From a virus, in IMG/VR virus record IMGVR_UViG_3300042894_006927, positions 1 through 64,000 of that record: a stretch of DNA of 64,000 bases. The stretch is one strand, 5' to 3'. Shown piece after piece: positions 1 to 9,153 of this stretch. The notes beneath the pieces are model-generated. The model did no database searches, had not been told where the DNA came from, and saw nothing but the letters and a program-made list of their open reading frames with translations. A program made the translations under genes and the position numbers. Each line of letters opens with the position of its first letter. Position 1 is the stretch's first letter.

Positions 1-1
1 T

Positions 2-352
2 TTACAAGATAAAGTGGTATTGGGGAATTTAGAAGCCAAAAGGGATTTTGGACACGCAAAAGATTATGTAAAGGCTATGCAAATGATGTTGCAGTTGGAA
101 AACCCCGATGATTTTGTTGTTTCAACGGGAGAAACTCATTCAATAGATGCCATTGTTGACTATGTTTTTGAAAAACTAAACCTCGATAGGTCAAAAAACC
201 TTGAAATTTCAGATAAATACCTTCGACCTAACGAACTACACCTTTTAAGGGGGGATAGTGCGAAATTTCGCACCAAAACGGGGTGGAAACCCGAAATTTC
301 GTTTGAAGCAATGCTTGACGAAATGATTGAACATCAAAAAAATAAATTTTAG
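2..352 (+). CDS. gmd: GDP-mannose 4,6-dehydratase, C-terminal part (runs off the left edge)
   Basis: LGNLEAKRDFGHAKDYV, PDDFVVSTGETHS and YLRPNELHLLRGD match the Gmd C-terminus. Confidence 0.92.
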   Translation, partial: LQDKVVLGNLEAKRDFGHAKDYVKAMQMMLQLENPDDFVVSTGETHSIDAIVDYVFEKLNLDRSKNLEISDKYLRPNELHLLRGDSAKFRTKTGWKPEISFEAMLDEMIEHQKNKF

Positions 353-356
353 ACCT

Positions 357-857
357 ATGATTGTTGTTGATATTAACGAAAATCAAACGGAAAGGGCAAA
401 AACACGCCTTGACATTAAAAGAAACGAAAAGACAATAAGCAACGATGTAGAACAAGCCAATTTTATTGGGTCTTTAGGAGAAATTATTGTTTTCGATTAT
501 TTTAATGAATTAGGGCATAAGATTCAAGATTTCAGTTGTAAAGATTTTGATTTAATAATTGATTGCCATAAAATAGAAATAAAAACAAAAAAAAGCAGGG
601 GAATACCTCAACCATCTTGGCTATGTTTGATTGCCGAAAAATATATGTATCAAAATCCCGATTTTTATTTTTTTTGTACTATTAACTTGCAAAATAAAAA
701 AGGATTTATTTGTGGTTACATTTCAAAAATTAATTTCGTGAAATTATCAAAGTTCCAAAAAAAGGGAGAAAGGGATGGGGACACTAATTTTTTCTTTAAA
801 GAAAACAATTATGTTCTTCCTTTTCACCATTTGAATAAATTTACTTCCAAAAGTTAA
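357..857 (+). CDS. putative PD-(D/E)XK-fold nuclease
   Basis: GSLGE...DFDL...KIEIKTK motif; ATG at 357 preferred over the TTG at 327. Confidence 0.6.
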   Translation: MIVVDINENQTERAKTRLDIKRNEKTISNDVEQANFIGSLGEIIVFDYFNELGHKIQDFSCKDFDLIIDCHKIEIKTKKSRGIPQPSWLCLIAEKYMYQNPDFYFFCTINLQNKKGFICGYISKINFVKLSKFQKKGERDGDTNFFFKENNYVLPFHHLNKFTSKS

Positions 858-1083
858 ATGTTACCATCTTCAACCTTATCCAATATGCCGTGTATAAAAC
901 ATTTTTGGGGTTTGATTCTAAAATATCAATATGGGATTTCACAAACCTTTCAATATCAGTAATCGTTTCGGCAGGGCTTAAAACAAACTTTTCTCCACGA
1001 ATTTTGTCAAAGTCAAAATCGTTCCAAAATGCCTTGCAATCTGCAAGTTTAATTTCATTGAAAGGCGGTTTCTGATTTTTCAT
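841..1083 (-). CDS. hypothetical protein
   Basis: 80-aa ORF coupled by a 4-nt overlap to the upstream minus-strand gene. Confidence 0.6.
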   Translation of the reverse strand: MKNQKPPFNEIKLADCKAFWNDFDFDKIRGEKFVLSPAETITDIERFVKSHIDILESNPKNVLYTAYWIRLKMVTFNFWK

Positions 1084-1355
1084 TCTTCAAAATAAGTGTT
1101 TGCATAAATGGGCGTTTTTTCGCCAATGTAAGTCGAAAATGTATTGTAGCCAAGCCATTCAGCAGCATCGTCTAAAGATAAATCTCCTTGTTCCGAACAC
1201 AATGAAATCATTTTTTCTATTGAGTACACAAGTCGGTAATCATTTGATATTCCAATTATTGCATCATCGTACCCATCGGGGTCGCCATTGAATCCTACGG
1301 GCTTATATGCCCCTTCTTGTTCTGCTTGTTCTAAAATTAGAGTTAAATCTCTCAT
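1080..1355 (-). CDS. conserved small phage protein
   Basis: DGYDDAIIG...LVYS...A.EW..YN...YIGEKTPI pattern typical of small phage proteins. Confidence 0.7.
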   Translation of the reverse strand: MRDLTLILEQAEQEGAYKPVGFNGDPDGYDDAIIGISNDYRLVYSIEKMISLCSEQGDLSLDDAAEWLGYNTFSTYIGEKTPIYANTYFEE

Positions 1356-1367
1356 ATTGATTTTCAG

Positions 1368-2141
1368 TTAGTTAAAGGTTAATTGGTTTGAAAATAAGTT
1401 TGGAATATCTTTTTTAGGAAAGTATTTACATCCGCTTTTTCCGTAATCAAAATGCTCTATTGAAAAATAAACTCTTGAAATGTTTGTCAATTCTGAAATT
1501 ATAGTTGGCGTTAGTTTTTTTCTGAAAATAAGCCCCCTGCCAATAACATACTCGCAAAGTTTTTTCGTTGTAAAATCTTCAATGTAGTTCATTCCATATC
1601 GGTATTCCACGAAATCCATTCTATTGAATCTCCTTCCTACAATCTCGCCAAATGTTATTATTAACCCTTTTTGTGCTATTTGTAAAGCAAAGTCAAAACA
1701 CTCAAAAGCACTACCAAAAGGGTCTAAATCTACAATATCAAATTTGTTTTTTCTTTGAGAAAACAAAAAGTCAATAGCATCCATTTTGTAATCAGCACCA
1801 TCTACATACAAGTCATTGTCAATAACTTGGTAGTCAGTATTTTTTTTGTACCAAGAAACGCCACCGCTAAAAACATCAAGTATAGTTGTCGCTTCTACTT
1901 TACTTAAAAATTCGGCATTAGTTCGATATTTTTCAGCCCTATGCTTGACGTTATACTTGTCTAACTTTTTCATTAGTTTGTAGTATTTTTTATTGCACGA
2001 ATAAGAAGTCCGTTTCAATAAAGAACCTATTTCTTCAAATGAAACATTGTTTTTTTTGTAGTCCAACAAAATTTCAATTTCTTTTTTAGTCCATTTTTTC
2101 GGCTCTGATTTTATCACCCCATTTTCAAAATGCTTATTCAT
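1368..2141 (-). CDS. Myb/SANT-like N-terminal domain fused to a SAM-dependent methyltransferase-like domain
   Basis: N-terminal KWTKKEIEIL...L.RT..SC; C-terminal ILDVFSG (motif I) and DIVDLDPFGS (Trm1-like motif). Confidence 0.65.
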   Translation of the reverse strand: MNKHFENGVIKSEPKKWTKKEIEILLDYKKNNVSFEEIGSLLKRTSYSCNKKYYKLMKKLDKYNVKHRAEKYRTNAEFLSKVEATTILDVFSGGVSWYKKNTDYQVIDNDLYVDGADYKMDAIDFLFSQRKNKFDIVDLDPFGSAFECFDFALQIAQKGLIITFGEIVGRRFNRMDFVEYRYGMNYIEDFTTKKLCEYVIGRGLIFRKKLTPTIISELTNISRVYFSIEHFDYGKSGCKYFPKKDIPNLFSNQLTFN

Positions 2142-2156
2142 AAAGTATGAGTTTTT

Positions 2157-3836
2157 TTAGTTGTTTTTGAAAGCCAATAATTTTTGTTCCCTTTTCTTAA
2201 AATTTTCTTTTATTTCAACCATTTTCCTAATAGAAATCAAGTTTTCCTCACTCGGATTTTGTTTTAATTTTTCAATTTTTTCATCAATCTTTTCAATGCA
2301 AATACGAAGTTGAAGAATATCACGAAGCACAAACGGGAAATCTTCGGCAGATACAAATGATAGTTCGGGAAAATCACCCTTTAGGTTCAATTTTGAAATC
2401 ATTTTCAAAAACAACCCTCCTTCGTAATTATACATTTTACTTTGAAATTCGGAATAATCATCACACGAATCAATGATTGATTGCACCCCTTCCAATCCAT
2501 TTCCAAGCACAATTTCGTTCAAGTCCAATGTGTTTGCCATAGAAACAAAAATACTATCAACCTCATTGTTTCCAAAAACCCTAAAATTACTGCCATACCT
2601 TGACATAACAGCAACGTATTGAATCGAAATGTTATTCAAATGAAAGTTGTTGTTAGTTTTTGTAACCTCTCTGAATCGTTTTTCAATCGTTTCTACTGAT
2701 ACCCTTCTACGCACATCGGGAATGATGCCTTTGGCTATTTTCAAAGTCAGATTTTGAATTTCAATTTTCTTTTCAATATCATCTTCGTTTTTCGCCTTTG
2801 AGTACAAAAAATCAATCCAATCTAATTTTTCATTCTCAAAAAATTGCTCTGCTTCGTTATTTTCTCGGAAATAGGAATCGGGGTCTTGTTCTTCGGGCAG
2901 GGAAACAATTTTAACCACAAAGTCCTCGTTCAATAGAATCTCCAACGCTTTTAGAGTTGCTTTTTTACCCGCAGAATCGGAATCGTAGCAAATAACAATT
3001 TCATCGAAGAATTGCCTTAATAACTTTGCTTGTTCGCTTGTTAATGCAGTACCCATTGGTGCAACCGAATTAGTAACGCCAAGTGAGTGCAACCGAATTA
3101 CATCGAAATTTCCTTCCACCAAAACGCACCACTTTTTGTTGCTCATTTTTGCGAAGTTCAATGCGTAAAGATTGCTGCCCTTCTTAAAAATGTCGCTATC
3201 CCTTGAATTAAGGTATTTAACTTGGGAATCGCTATAAATAGCCCTTGCTTGGAAACCAATAATTCTCCCACTTTTACTCCATACGGGGAATGTTATGCGG
3301 TCAAAAAAAATGTGGTTTTGTTTAAGAAAGGCATCTATTTCAGTTTCCTTTTGTGGAAACTTGCTATTAAGAAAATCCCGAAGCAAATCATTAGTCCTAC
3401 TCGCAAAACCGATTTCAAATTTCGCCAAAATATCATTGTCAAAACCCCTTGATTGTAGGTAGTCCAAAGGTTCTTGACTTTTTGAAAGGACACGCTTGTA
3501 ATAGTTGTTTTGCTCAACCAAAAACTTTGAAGTGAAATTGGGTTCTGACTTTGAAAGAATTATGCCATTTTCTTCGGCAAGTAATTTCAACGCTTCGCCA
3601 AATTCTAACTTTTTGTATTCCATTACAAAATCAATCACGCTACCCGATTTCCCACACCCAAAACACTTGAAGGAGTTGGTCTTTTTAAAAATGTGTAAAG
3701 AGGGCGTTTTTTCATTATGAAATGGGCATAAACCACTCATTGAAGTACCCGTGTTTTTTAACTTAACATAAGCCCCTACAACATTGACAATCGGCAATTC
3801 CCGAATAGTCATTATATCATCAGTAAAATTCGACAT
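2157..3836 (-). CDS. dnaG: DnaG-type DNA primase
   Basis: CPFHNEKTPS...FKCFGC zinc finger, KYLNS, VEGNFDV and CYDSDSAG Toprim motifs, QDPD; ATG at 3836 preferred. Confidence 0.95.
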   Translation of the reverse strand: MSNFTDDIMTIRELPIVNVVGAYVKLKNTGTSMSGLCPFHNEKTPSLHIFKKTNSFKCFGCGKSGSVIDFVMEYKKLEFGEALKLLAEENGIILSKSEPNFTSKFLVEQNNYYKRVLSKSQEPLDYLQSRGFDNDILAKFEIGFASRTNDLLRDFLNSKFPQKETEIDAFLKQNHIFFDRITFPVWSKSGRIIGFQARAIYSDSQVKYLNSRDSDIFKKGSNLYALNFAKMSNKKWCVLVEGNFDVIRLHSLGVTNSVAPMGTALTSEQAKLLRQFFDEIVICYDSDSAGKKATLKALEILLNEDFVVKIVSLPEEQDPDSYFRENNEAEQFFENEKLDWIDFLYSKAKNEDDIEKKIEIQNLTLKIAKGIIPDVRRRVSVETIEKRFREVTKTNNNFHLNNISIQYVAVMSRYGSNFRVFGNNEVDSIFVSMANTLDLNEIVLGNGLEGVQSIIDSCDDYSEFQSKMYNYEGGLFLKMISKLNLKGDFPELSFVSAEDFPFVLRDILQLRICIEKIDEKIEKLKQNPSEENLISIRKMVEIKENFKKREQKLLAFKNN

Positions 3837-3873
3837 AAAAGGCAAATAAGTTTTGACAAAAATAGGCAACATA

Positions 3874-3905
3874 TTTGCAAATGCAATACATAGTACATAA
3901 ATTTG
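3874..3905 (+). promoter_or_regulatory. Bacteroidota-type housekeeping promoter (-33/-7)
   Basis: TTTG (3874-3877), 20 nt, then TAAATTTG (3898-3905), just upstream of the ATG at 3917. Confidence 0.7.
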
Positions 3906-3916
3906 TCAAAAAAAAG

Positions 3917-4480
3917 ATGAATCCTATTCTCAATCGTATTGAATTTAAAGGGAAAACGGGCAATTTTGTTTTCTTTGACAAAGAGTTGAAGGAAGAAGTG
4001 CCTATTCCCCTTGTAAGGTTTGTAATCCTTAAAAGCACATCACAAATTACGGGTTACAATCCCAAGTGTGGCTCTATTTGGTCGAATGAAGTCGAATCAA
4101 TACGGGAAGAAGAATTAGTTGTTAGGTGCAAGAACATAGGCAAGTTGTGTCAAGGTGCTTATTCCGAATTAAAAAACACTCTGCCGAAGGGGTCAAAGTA
4201 CACAACCAATCTTTACATTGTAGCAAGTATAAACAACAAAGTAGGTATCTATATTTTGCGTTTGGTTGGCGGTGCTTTAAATGAGTGGATTGAGTTCAAG
4301 CAGAAAAACCCCGATGTTTACAAATCCACGATATTAGTGCCAAATTTGGCAAAAAGAATGAATGGGGCTATTGAATACCTTGTACCCGTATTTGCTTTGC
4401 GGAAATCAACGGAAATTGAGGAAAAAACCGCAAAAACATTGTGGGGCAGATTGCGGGAGTGGGAAAAAGCGAAAATCTAA
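3917..4480 (+). CDS. hypothetical phage protein, possibly ssDNA-binding or recombination-related
   Basis: intact beta-rich ORF divergent from the primase; function inferred from context only. Confidence 0.55.
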   Translation: MNPILNRIEFKGKTGNFVFFDKELKEEVPIPLVRFVILKSTSQITGYNPKCGSIWSNEVESIREEELVVRCKNIGKLCQGAYSELKNTLPKGSKYTTNLYIVASINNKVGIYILRLVGGALNEWIEFKQKNPDVYKSTILVPNLAKRMNGAIEYLVPVFALRKSTEIEEKTAKTLWGRLREWEKAKI

Positions 4481-5055
4481 TCTTTCGACAAAATAATACC
4501 CCAACGACCATACGAATCACAAGCAAAACGGGCATCGGTTAATTTGTATTGCGAAAAATTGTTTTGAACAAAATTTCGGTATTCAAGGCAATCAGCCCTA
4601 TCATCGGTATCATCAATGTAGAGTGCGTGTTTTGTAATTTTTATGTGGTTTTCAAGAAACGGCATCCTTTGGTGGTTTCCAAAATCATAAAGGGTATATT
4701 CAGAATTTAATTCAAGAACTTCCGATTGTTTTTCAATAGCGATAAAATTGTCGGTGTTTAATCCTGCCAAAAAACAAATATCTTTTACCGCTTCCAAGTA
4801 ATCCCTATCGGGGTCAGTACAAACTATGTTCGGAAAAATGTGCCGTAAAACAAAAGAGGAAGCCCCCGCCCCCGCATTTAGAATTTTAGAATCAGTTGTA
4901 GCCAAATCCTTAAAAGCCATTAAACATTCAAAACTTGATGCCATTCCATTCGGCAATCCGTTTCTTCCACCTACATACTCCACCATTCCAATAGGTGCGT
5001 GTTGGCTGAAAAGTTGGAAATATAAAAGGTATTTTTCGTAAAGTTCGTGGTTCAT
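4477..5055 (-). CDS. class I SAM-dependent methyltransferase-like protein
   Basis: KILNAGAGASS motif I variant, VCTD, acidic YIDD. Confidence 0.55.
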   Translation of the reverse strand: MNHELYEKYLLYFQLFSQHAPIGMVEYVGGRNGLPNGMASSFECLMAFKDLATTDSKILNAGAGASSFVLRHIFPNIVCTDPDRDYLEAVKDICFLAGLNTDNFIAIEKQSEVLELNSEYTLYDFGNHQRMPFLENHIKITKHALYIDDTDDRADCLEYRNFVQNNFSQYKLTDARFACDSYGRWGIILSKD

Positions 5056-5654
5056 AACATTCCTCGTCTTTTTTTCTGCTCTAAAGAGTTAAATTCGTGG
5101 TTATCAGAAACGAGTTCAAAGTTCTTTATGTGCCAAATAGCGGTACGCCAATAGTGGTGTTTCGGCTGTGCAAAAATGTGTACTTCGTTTGCTCTCAAAA
5201 TTGGGATTTCGATTGCTTCGGGTAAAAATTCCAAATTATCTAAAATTACCATTCCATCTTGGACAAGGTTTTGTTTTGAAATAAGTTCCAAACACTCTTT
5301 CCGAAAACTGCCATCAACAATAATTAAATCAAAAACCCCCATTGTTTTTAACGGCAGAATGTAATCTTGTAATTCTTCCGCAAAAATAGCGTGAACATTG
5401 TGGCTGTTTTTTTCATTCAAACCTTCCAAAACCATATTGTACCATTGTGGATTGTCGTCAACGGCAACAACGCTTTTTGCTTTTTTTGACCACCAAATTG
5501 TAGATGCCCCCATTCCGAGTTCCAAAATTCTTTTGTCAGAAAAGTCGAAATAGTCAATGATTTCTAAAGAAGGTTCGGTGTAATGTGGATAAAGCAAATT
5601 CATTTCTTTGTCCACGAATTGCCACTCGTTAGGATTGGTCAGTAAAGGGTGCAT
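5052..5654 (-). CDS. class I SAM-dependent (O-)methyltransferase
   Basis: RILELGMGASTIWW, VVAVDD, FDLIIVDG..R..C, G.VILDN. Confidence 0.85.
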   Translation of the reverse strand: MHPLLTNPNEWQFVDKEMNLLYPHYTEPSLEIIDYFDFSDKRILELGMGASTIWWSKKAKSVVAVDDNPQWYNMVLEGLNEKNSHNVHAIFAEELQDYILPLKTMGVFDLIIVDGSFRKECLELISKQNLVQDGMVILDNLEFLPEAIEIPILRANEVHIFAQPKHHYWRTAIWHIKNFELVSDNHEFNSLEQKKRRGML

Positions 5655-5655
5655 T

Positions 5656-6483
5656 TTAATAGTTTTGATTTGCCCAATAGAATACATCAAAGGTGGTTTC
5701 AATTTCAGTTAAATCCAAAAATTTTTCTTTGTGCTTTTCTAAAAAAATATGAATTTTGGGTTCAATCCAACCCGCAGAGCCAATGTGAAGGCATATTTCA
5801 TTGCTTTCTTCATACTCTTTTGGGAAACCTAAATCTAAATCGGGTACAAAATTTTTGGAAAACAAAAAATCCCTTGTTGGCATACCCTTTAAAAAGTGTT
5901 CGCATTTTGAAAGTGTGCCTTCCAAAATGTAATTTTCGGAAAAAAGCGGAAGTATTTTTTGTTGCAATAAATCTTGGTCAGAACCTTTTTTTGAAAAATC
6001 AATTTTTGAATCGTTTACCAATTCATCCCAAGTTTGAAAGTTCGTGTGTGCAATGAATCTTTCGCACCTAAATCCAATCATACCGCCCATTAGCGGAATA
6101 GTGTGTTGGTCGTTATCGGTTATTGCGTGAATAACTGCACCGCTTAAAATCCAATCTTCAACACAAAGCCGTTCCCGAAGTGTAAGTGGGGCATCTACAT
6201 CCCTGCAAATTATGTGCGTGTATTTTTCGGAAAAAATCGGTTTTAATCGCCAAAGCATTTTTTTGGTAAAAGCATCGTTGTCATTTGCCAAAACAATTTC
6301 AATATCAATTTTTTGCAACCATTCGTTAGCATAAAAAACGCTTTCCGAAACAATCAAAACAATTTTCCAATCGGGGTAAAGTATTCTCGCCAATTTCAAA
6401 TTAAGCATAAGCCCCCGTATGTATGTGTTAAAAGAAAACGAATCTGCGGGGTGTGAAAAAAGGGCGTAAACGATTACTTTCAT
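5656..6483 (-). CDS. putative GT-A-fold glycosyltransferase-like protein (paralog of 14233-15099)
   Basis: MLWRL.P, ICRDVD (DxD), HTIPLMGGMIGF and KGSDQD shared with 14233-15099. Confidence 0.6.
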   Translation of the reverse strand: MKVIVYALFSHPADSFSFNTYIRGLMLNLKLARILYPDWKIVLIVSESVFYANEWLQKIDIEIVLANDNDAFTKKMLWRLKPIFSEKYTHIICRDVDAPLTLRERLCVEDWILSGAVIHAITDNDQHTIPLMGGMIGFRCERFIAHTNFQTWDELVNDSKIDFSKKGSDQDLLQQKILPLFSENYILEGTLSKCEHFLKGMPTRDFLFSKNFVPDLDLGFPKEYEESNEICLHIGSAGWIEPKIHIFLEKHKEKFLDLTEIETTFDVFYWANQNY

Positions 6484-6519
6484 TCTGCAAAATAAGTGTT
6501 TTAAAGGGTTTTCAGCAAA

Positions 6520-6574
6520 TTAACATTCTTTAACTAAAATTATTTGCAACCCAAATATCAAGCACCGAAATTTG
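6520..6574 (+). promoter_or_regulatory. promoter with upstream TTAAC direct repeat (copy 1)
   Basis: TTAACA-N4-TTAAC, then TTTG (6543), 20 nt, GAAATTTG; same layout as 7712-7767 and 9095-9149. Confidence 0.65.
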
Positions 6575-6595
6575 TTCCAACCAAAAATCAAAAAT

Positions 6596-6916
6596 ATGTT
6601 CTTCATAGCCCCCCACAAAAAAGCCGCCAAAGAAATGTGTGAGCCAAATTTTTTCGGAGTTCGGAAAATTAAAAGTATTTCAAAGTACAATGAAATGTGC
6701 GTAGGCGTTTGGTATGAAATGCACTATTGGTCAAGCAACCAAAAAATGTTTATGCGTGATGCTAAATTGTGCAACCTTGAAATTCATTTTGTAAAATTCA
6801 ACGGAGAATACCTGCCCGTAGCGGTTGGCGATTTATCGAATCTAAAAAGCGAGTCCGAGTTTAAGCAAAAATTCAGCAAGAGGTTTAACGATATGATTGC
6901 TTATGTCAAAAAATGA
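6596..6916 (+). CDS. hypothetical protein
   Basis: ATG downstream of the promoter; first gene of a small-gene operon. Confidence 0.6.
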   Translation: MFFIAPHKKAAKEMCEPNFFGVRKIKSISKYNEMCVGVWYEMHYWSSNQKMFMRDAKLCNLEIHFVKFNGEYLPVAVGDLSNLKSESEFKQKFSKRFNDMIAYVKK

Positions 6917-7073
6917 AATAATTGATGATTGCATTTGCGGTTCTTTATCCGATTTAGAACGAATAAAGCGTGAAATAAGACAAGAGCATATCATTGTGTA
7001 TGAAGGAGAGGTTTTGCCATTTGCCATTGGCAGGTACAACCAAGAAATTAAATACAAGAAAAAGAAAAAATGA
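6903..7073 (+). CDS. small hypothetical protein (56 aa, not in the ORF track)
   Basis: MSKNEIIDDC...KYKKKKK*; fills the gap and overlaps both neighbours (ATGA coupling at 7070). Confidence 0.55.
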   Translation: MSKNEIIDDCICGSLSDLERIKREIRQEHIIVYEGEVLPFAIGRYNQEIKYKKKKK

Positions 7074-7267
7074 AATCAAAAATTAGTCAAACAAAACGGC
7101 TATTTGTTGACCGAAATGAAAGAGTTTGGGAAATAGAAAAGGTGTCGCTTCCAAAAAAAAAGGGTGAATACATTTTTTATACTGCCGACTGCATTTCAAA
7201 CAAAAAATTGGGAATAAGAGAAAACAAACTATCTGAAATCAAAAAATCAATTTTAAAATGTCAGTAA
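7070..7267 (+). CDS. hypothetical protein, paralog of 7258-7509
   Basis: F(V/I)D(R/K)N..VW.(I/V)EKVS...AD shared with the next gene. Confidence 0.65.
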   Translation: MKSKISQTKRLFVDRNERVWEIEKVSLPKKKGEYIFYTADCISNKKLGIRENKLSEIKKSILKCQ

Positions 7268-7509
7268 TTACAATTAACGAAAAACGAAAAATCTTCATTG
7301 ACAAAAATGATGATGTTTGGATTGTGGAAAAAGTGAGTATGCACGTTAAGGGCAGAACCCGAAGAAAAATGTTTTGGGTTGCGGATTCAATAGATATGAA
7401 CAAAAAAGGAACTTATGATAGTTTGGTTACCAATGTTATTAACCATCTGAAAGAAAATTATGGGGAGAGCAAATCTTCGCTTAAAATCACAAAACCAAAA
7501 CCTATTTAG
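7258..7509 (+). CDS. hypothetical protein, paralog of 7070-7267
   Basis: shares the same motif with the previous gene. Confidence 0.65.
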   Translation: MSVITINEKRKIFIDKNDDVWIVEKVSMHVKGRTRRKMFWVADSIDMNKKGTYDSLVTNVINHLKENYGESKSSLKITKPKPI

Positions 7510-7512
7510 AAT

Positions 7513-7660
7513 TGTGCGTAGTGTGTAGGTAGTGCGTGTAGCGTGTGTGTAGTGCGTGTAGTGTGCGTAGTGCGTGTAGCGTGTAGGTGGTGCGTGTAGT
7601 GTTTATGTAGTGTGTGTGTAGTGTTTATGTAGTGTGTATGTAGCGTTTGCAGTATGCGTA
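7513..7660. repeat. non-coding degenerate (T/C)GYGTGTAG repeat tract
   Basis: about 14 GTAG-terminated units, mostly 7-11 nt; near-alternating purine/pyrimidine; strongly G/T-skewed on the + strand. Confidence 0.9.
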
Positions 7661-7711
7661 CTATTAAAGCGTAGCCCCGAAACCCCCTATTTTCAAGGAC
7701 TTTCAAATCCA

Positions 7712-7767
7712 TTAACATTTCTTAACAAAAGATATTTGCATTGTGAATAACAACCCCCATATATTTG
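7712..7767 (+). promoter_or_regulatory. promoter with upstream TTAAC direct repeat (copy 2)
   Basis: TTAACA-N4-TTAACA, TTTG (7735), 21 nt, TATATTTG (7760-7767). Confidence 0.75.
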
Positions 7768-7796
7768 CGTTACCAAACAAACACAAATCACAAGTT

Positions 7797-8105
7797 ATGT
7801 CCAAAAAACCAATGTCAAAAATTTACCAAAATTTGAACGACAACCTTCAAAAACTTTTAATTCTGCAAATAGAGGAACATATTGCAAATGTAAAAGCAGA
7901 AATGTACGACCAACCCTACCGAAAAGAAATCACAATTTTATTCAACCATTTTTTCTACGATTTTAGAAATAATCAAATTCGTGGTTTGCAAGATTCAACG
8001 AATGTAATTACCGATAAAAAAGAGCAAATAACGCTATGGGATTTTACGAACTATGATTTAATTCACATACTTCGGCAATTTGAACTAAACGCTTTTATTA
8101 TTTAA
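7797..8105 (+). CDS. hypothetical protein
   Basis: ATG downstream of the promoter; C-terminal D...DLI.IL..(F/I)E shared with the next gene. Confidence 0.6.
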   Translation: MSKKPMSKIYQNLNDNLQKLLILQIEEHIANVKAEMYDQPYRKEITILFNHFFYDFRNNQIRGLQDSTNVITDKKEQITLWDFTNYDLIHILRQFELNAFII

Positions 8106-8132
8106 AAAAACCAACCACATAAAACCAAACAA

Positions 8133-8429
8133 ATGTCAAAGTCAAGAGATTTTTTAATACGCAATGAAATTTTTGTAGGCGAATTAGTAAGAGAAATAAA
8201 ATTGTGCCTTCATCTGCAAAATGCGAAAACAATTTCATTCAAAAATCCAATCAAATTAAAAACGCAAAATTGTTTTGGCGAAATAATGGGAATTGATGAA
8301 AGTGAGATTGCTTTTTCACCCGAAGATTCCTGCTCTTTTAAAGACCTTGAAATAACCGATTTAATTGCCATACTTACCGAAATTGAAAGGGGCGAGTATG
8401 TAATAACCGAAAATTTATTAGAACATTAA
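8133..8429 (+). CDS. hypothetical protein
   Basis: preceded by the AAAACCAAACAAA leader that is also found before 8442. Confidence 0.65.
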   Translation: MSKSRDFLIRNEIFVGELVREIKLCLHLQNAKTISFKNPIKLKTQNCFGEIMGIDESEIAFSPEDSCSFKDLEITDLIAILTEIERGEYVITENLLEH

Positions 8430-8441
8430 AAACCAAACAAA

Positions 8442-9098
8442 ATGAAAACAACGACCTTCATTGACCTTAATACGATTTACGAACAAAAAATCGAAACCGA
8501 AAATTGGGTAATTTCTGAAACGATATTGTCCGATGAAGAAGTGAGAATGGAAAAAATGCGAAACTTTAGAAATTATTGGTATGTCGCAGGTTTACAAGCG
8601 AATTTCAAATACATTGTTTTGCGGAAAAAAGGTAGTGGCGTTTGGATGTCAGATACTCCAATGGAACGAAATTCAAACCGAAATTTCATTCAAAAAGCAA
8701 ATGGCGATGTTTTAATTTTTGGACTTGGGCTTGGGTTAATTGTCTTTCCATTACTTGACAATCCCGAAGTAAAGTCAATCCGAGTTATTGAAAAAGAAAA
8801 AGAAGTAATTGACCTTATTTCGCCTTACATAAAAGCAAAAGACACCTTTAACAAGGTTACTATTGTTGAAGGGGATTGTTTTGAATACAAAACGAAAGAA
8901 AAATTCGATGTTATCTACGGAGATATTTGGAGAGATATATCTACTGATAATTACGAGGAAATGAAGCAATTAACGAGGGCTTGGAAAAACCGAGTAAACC
9001 GAGAAAATCCTAACGCTTTCATTAGCCATTGGCTCAAGGACTACTTGAAGGGCGAAATCCAAAAAGAAAAGCGGGAAAATTCTTATTGGAGATATTAA
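8442..9098 (+). CDS. spermidine-synthase-like SAM-dependent methyltransferase
   Basis: WMSDTP.E, DVLIFGLGLG, VIEKE.EVI, EGDCF, FDVIYGDIW. Confidence 0.8.
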   Translation: MKTTTFIDLNTIYEQKIETENWVISETILSDEEVRMEKMRNFRNYWYVAGLQANFKYIVLRKKGSGVWMSDTPMERNSNRNFIQKANGDVLIFGLGLGLIVFPLLDNPEVKSIRVIEKEKEVIDLISPYIKAKDTFNKVTIVEGDCFEYKTKEKFDVIYGDIWRDISTDNYEEMKQLTRAWKNRVNRENPNAFISHWLKDYLKGEIQKEKRENSYWRY

Positions 9099-9149
9099 CA
9101 AATTTTAACTAAAAATACTTGCAACATAAATATCAAAGCAATAAATTTG
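9095..9149 (+). promoter_or_regulatory. promoter with upstream TTAAC direct repeat (copy 3)
   Basis: TTAACA-N4-TTAAC, CTTG (9118), 20 nt, TAAATTTG (9142-9149). Confidence 0.7.
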
Positions 9150-9153
9150 AACT

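Noticed and set aside
7513-7660. Possible CRISPR array
   Set aside because: Units are about 4-11 nt and degenerate, with no unique spacers and no cas genes
7506-7718. Minus-strand 70-aa His/Thr-rich ORF
   Set aside because: It is a translation of the GT-rich repeat, opposes the local transcription direction and overlaps a promoter
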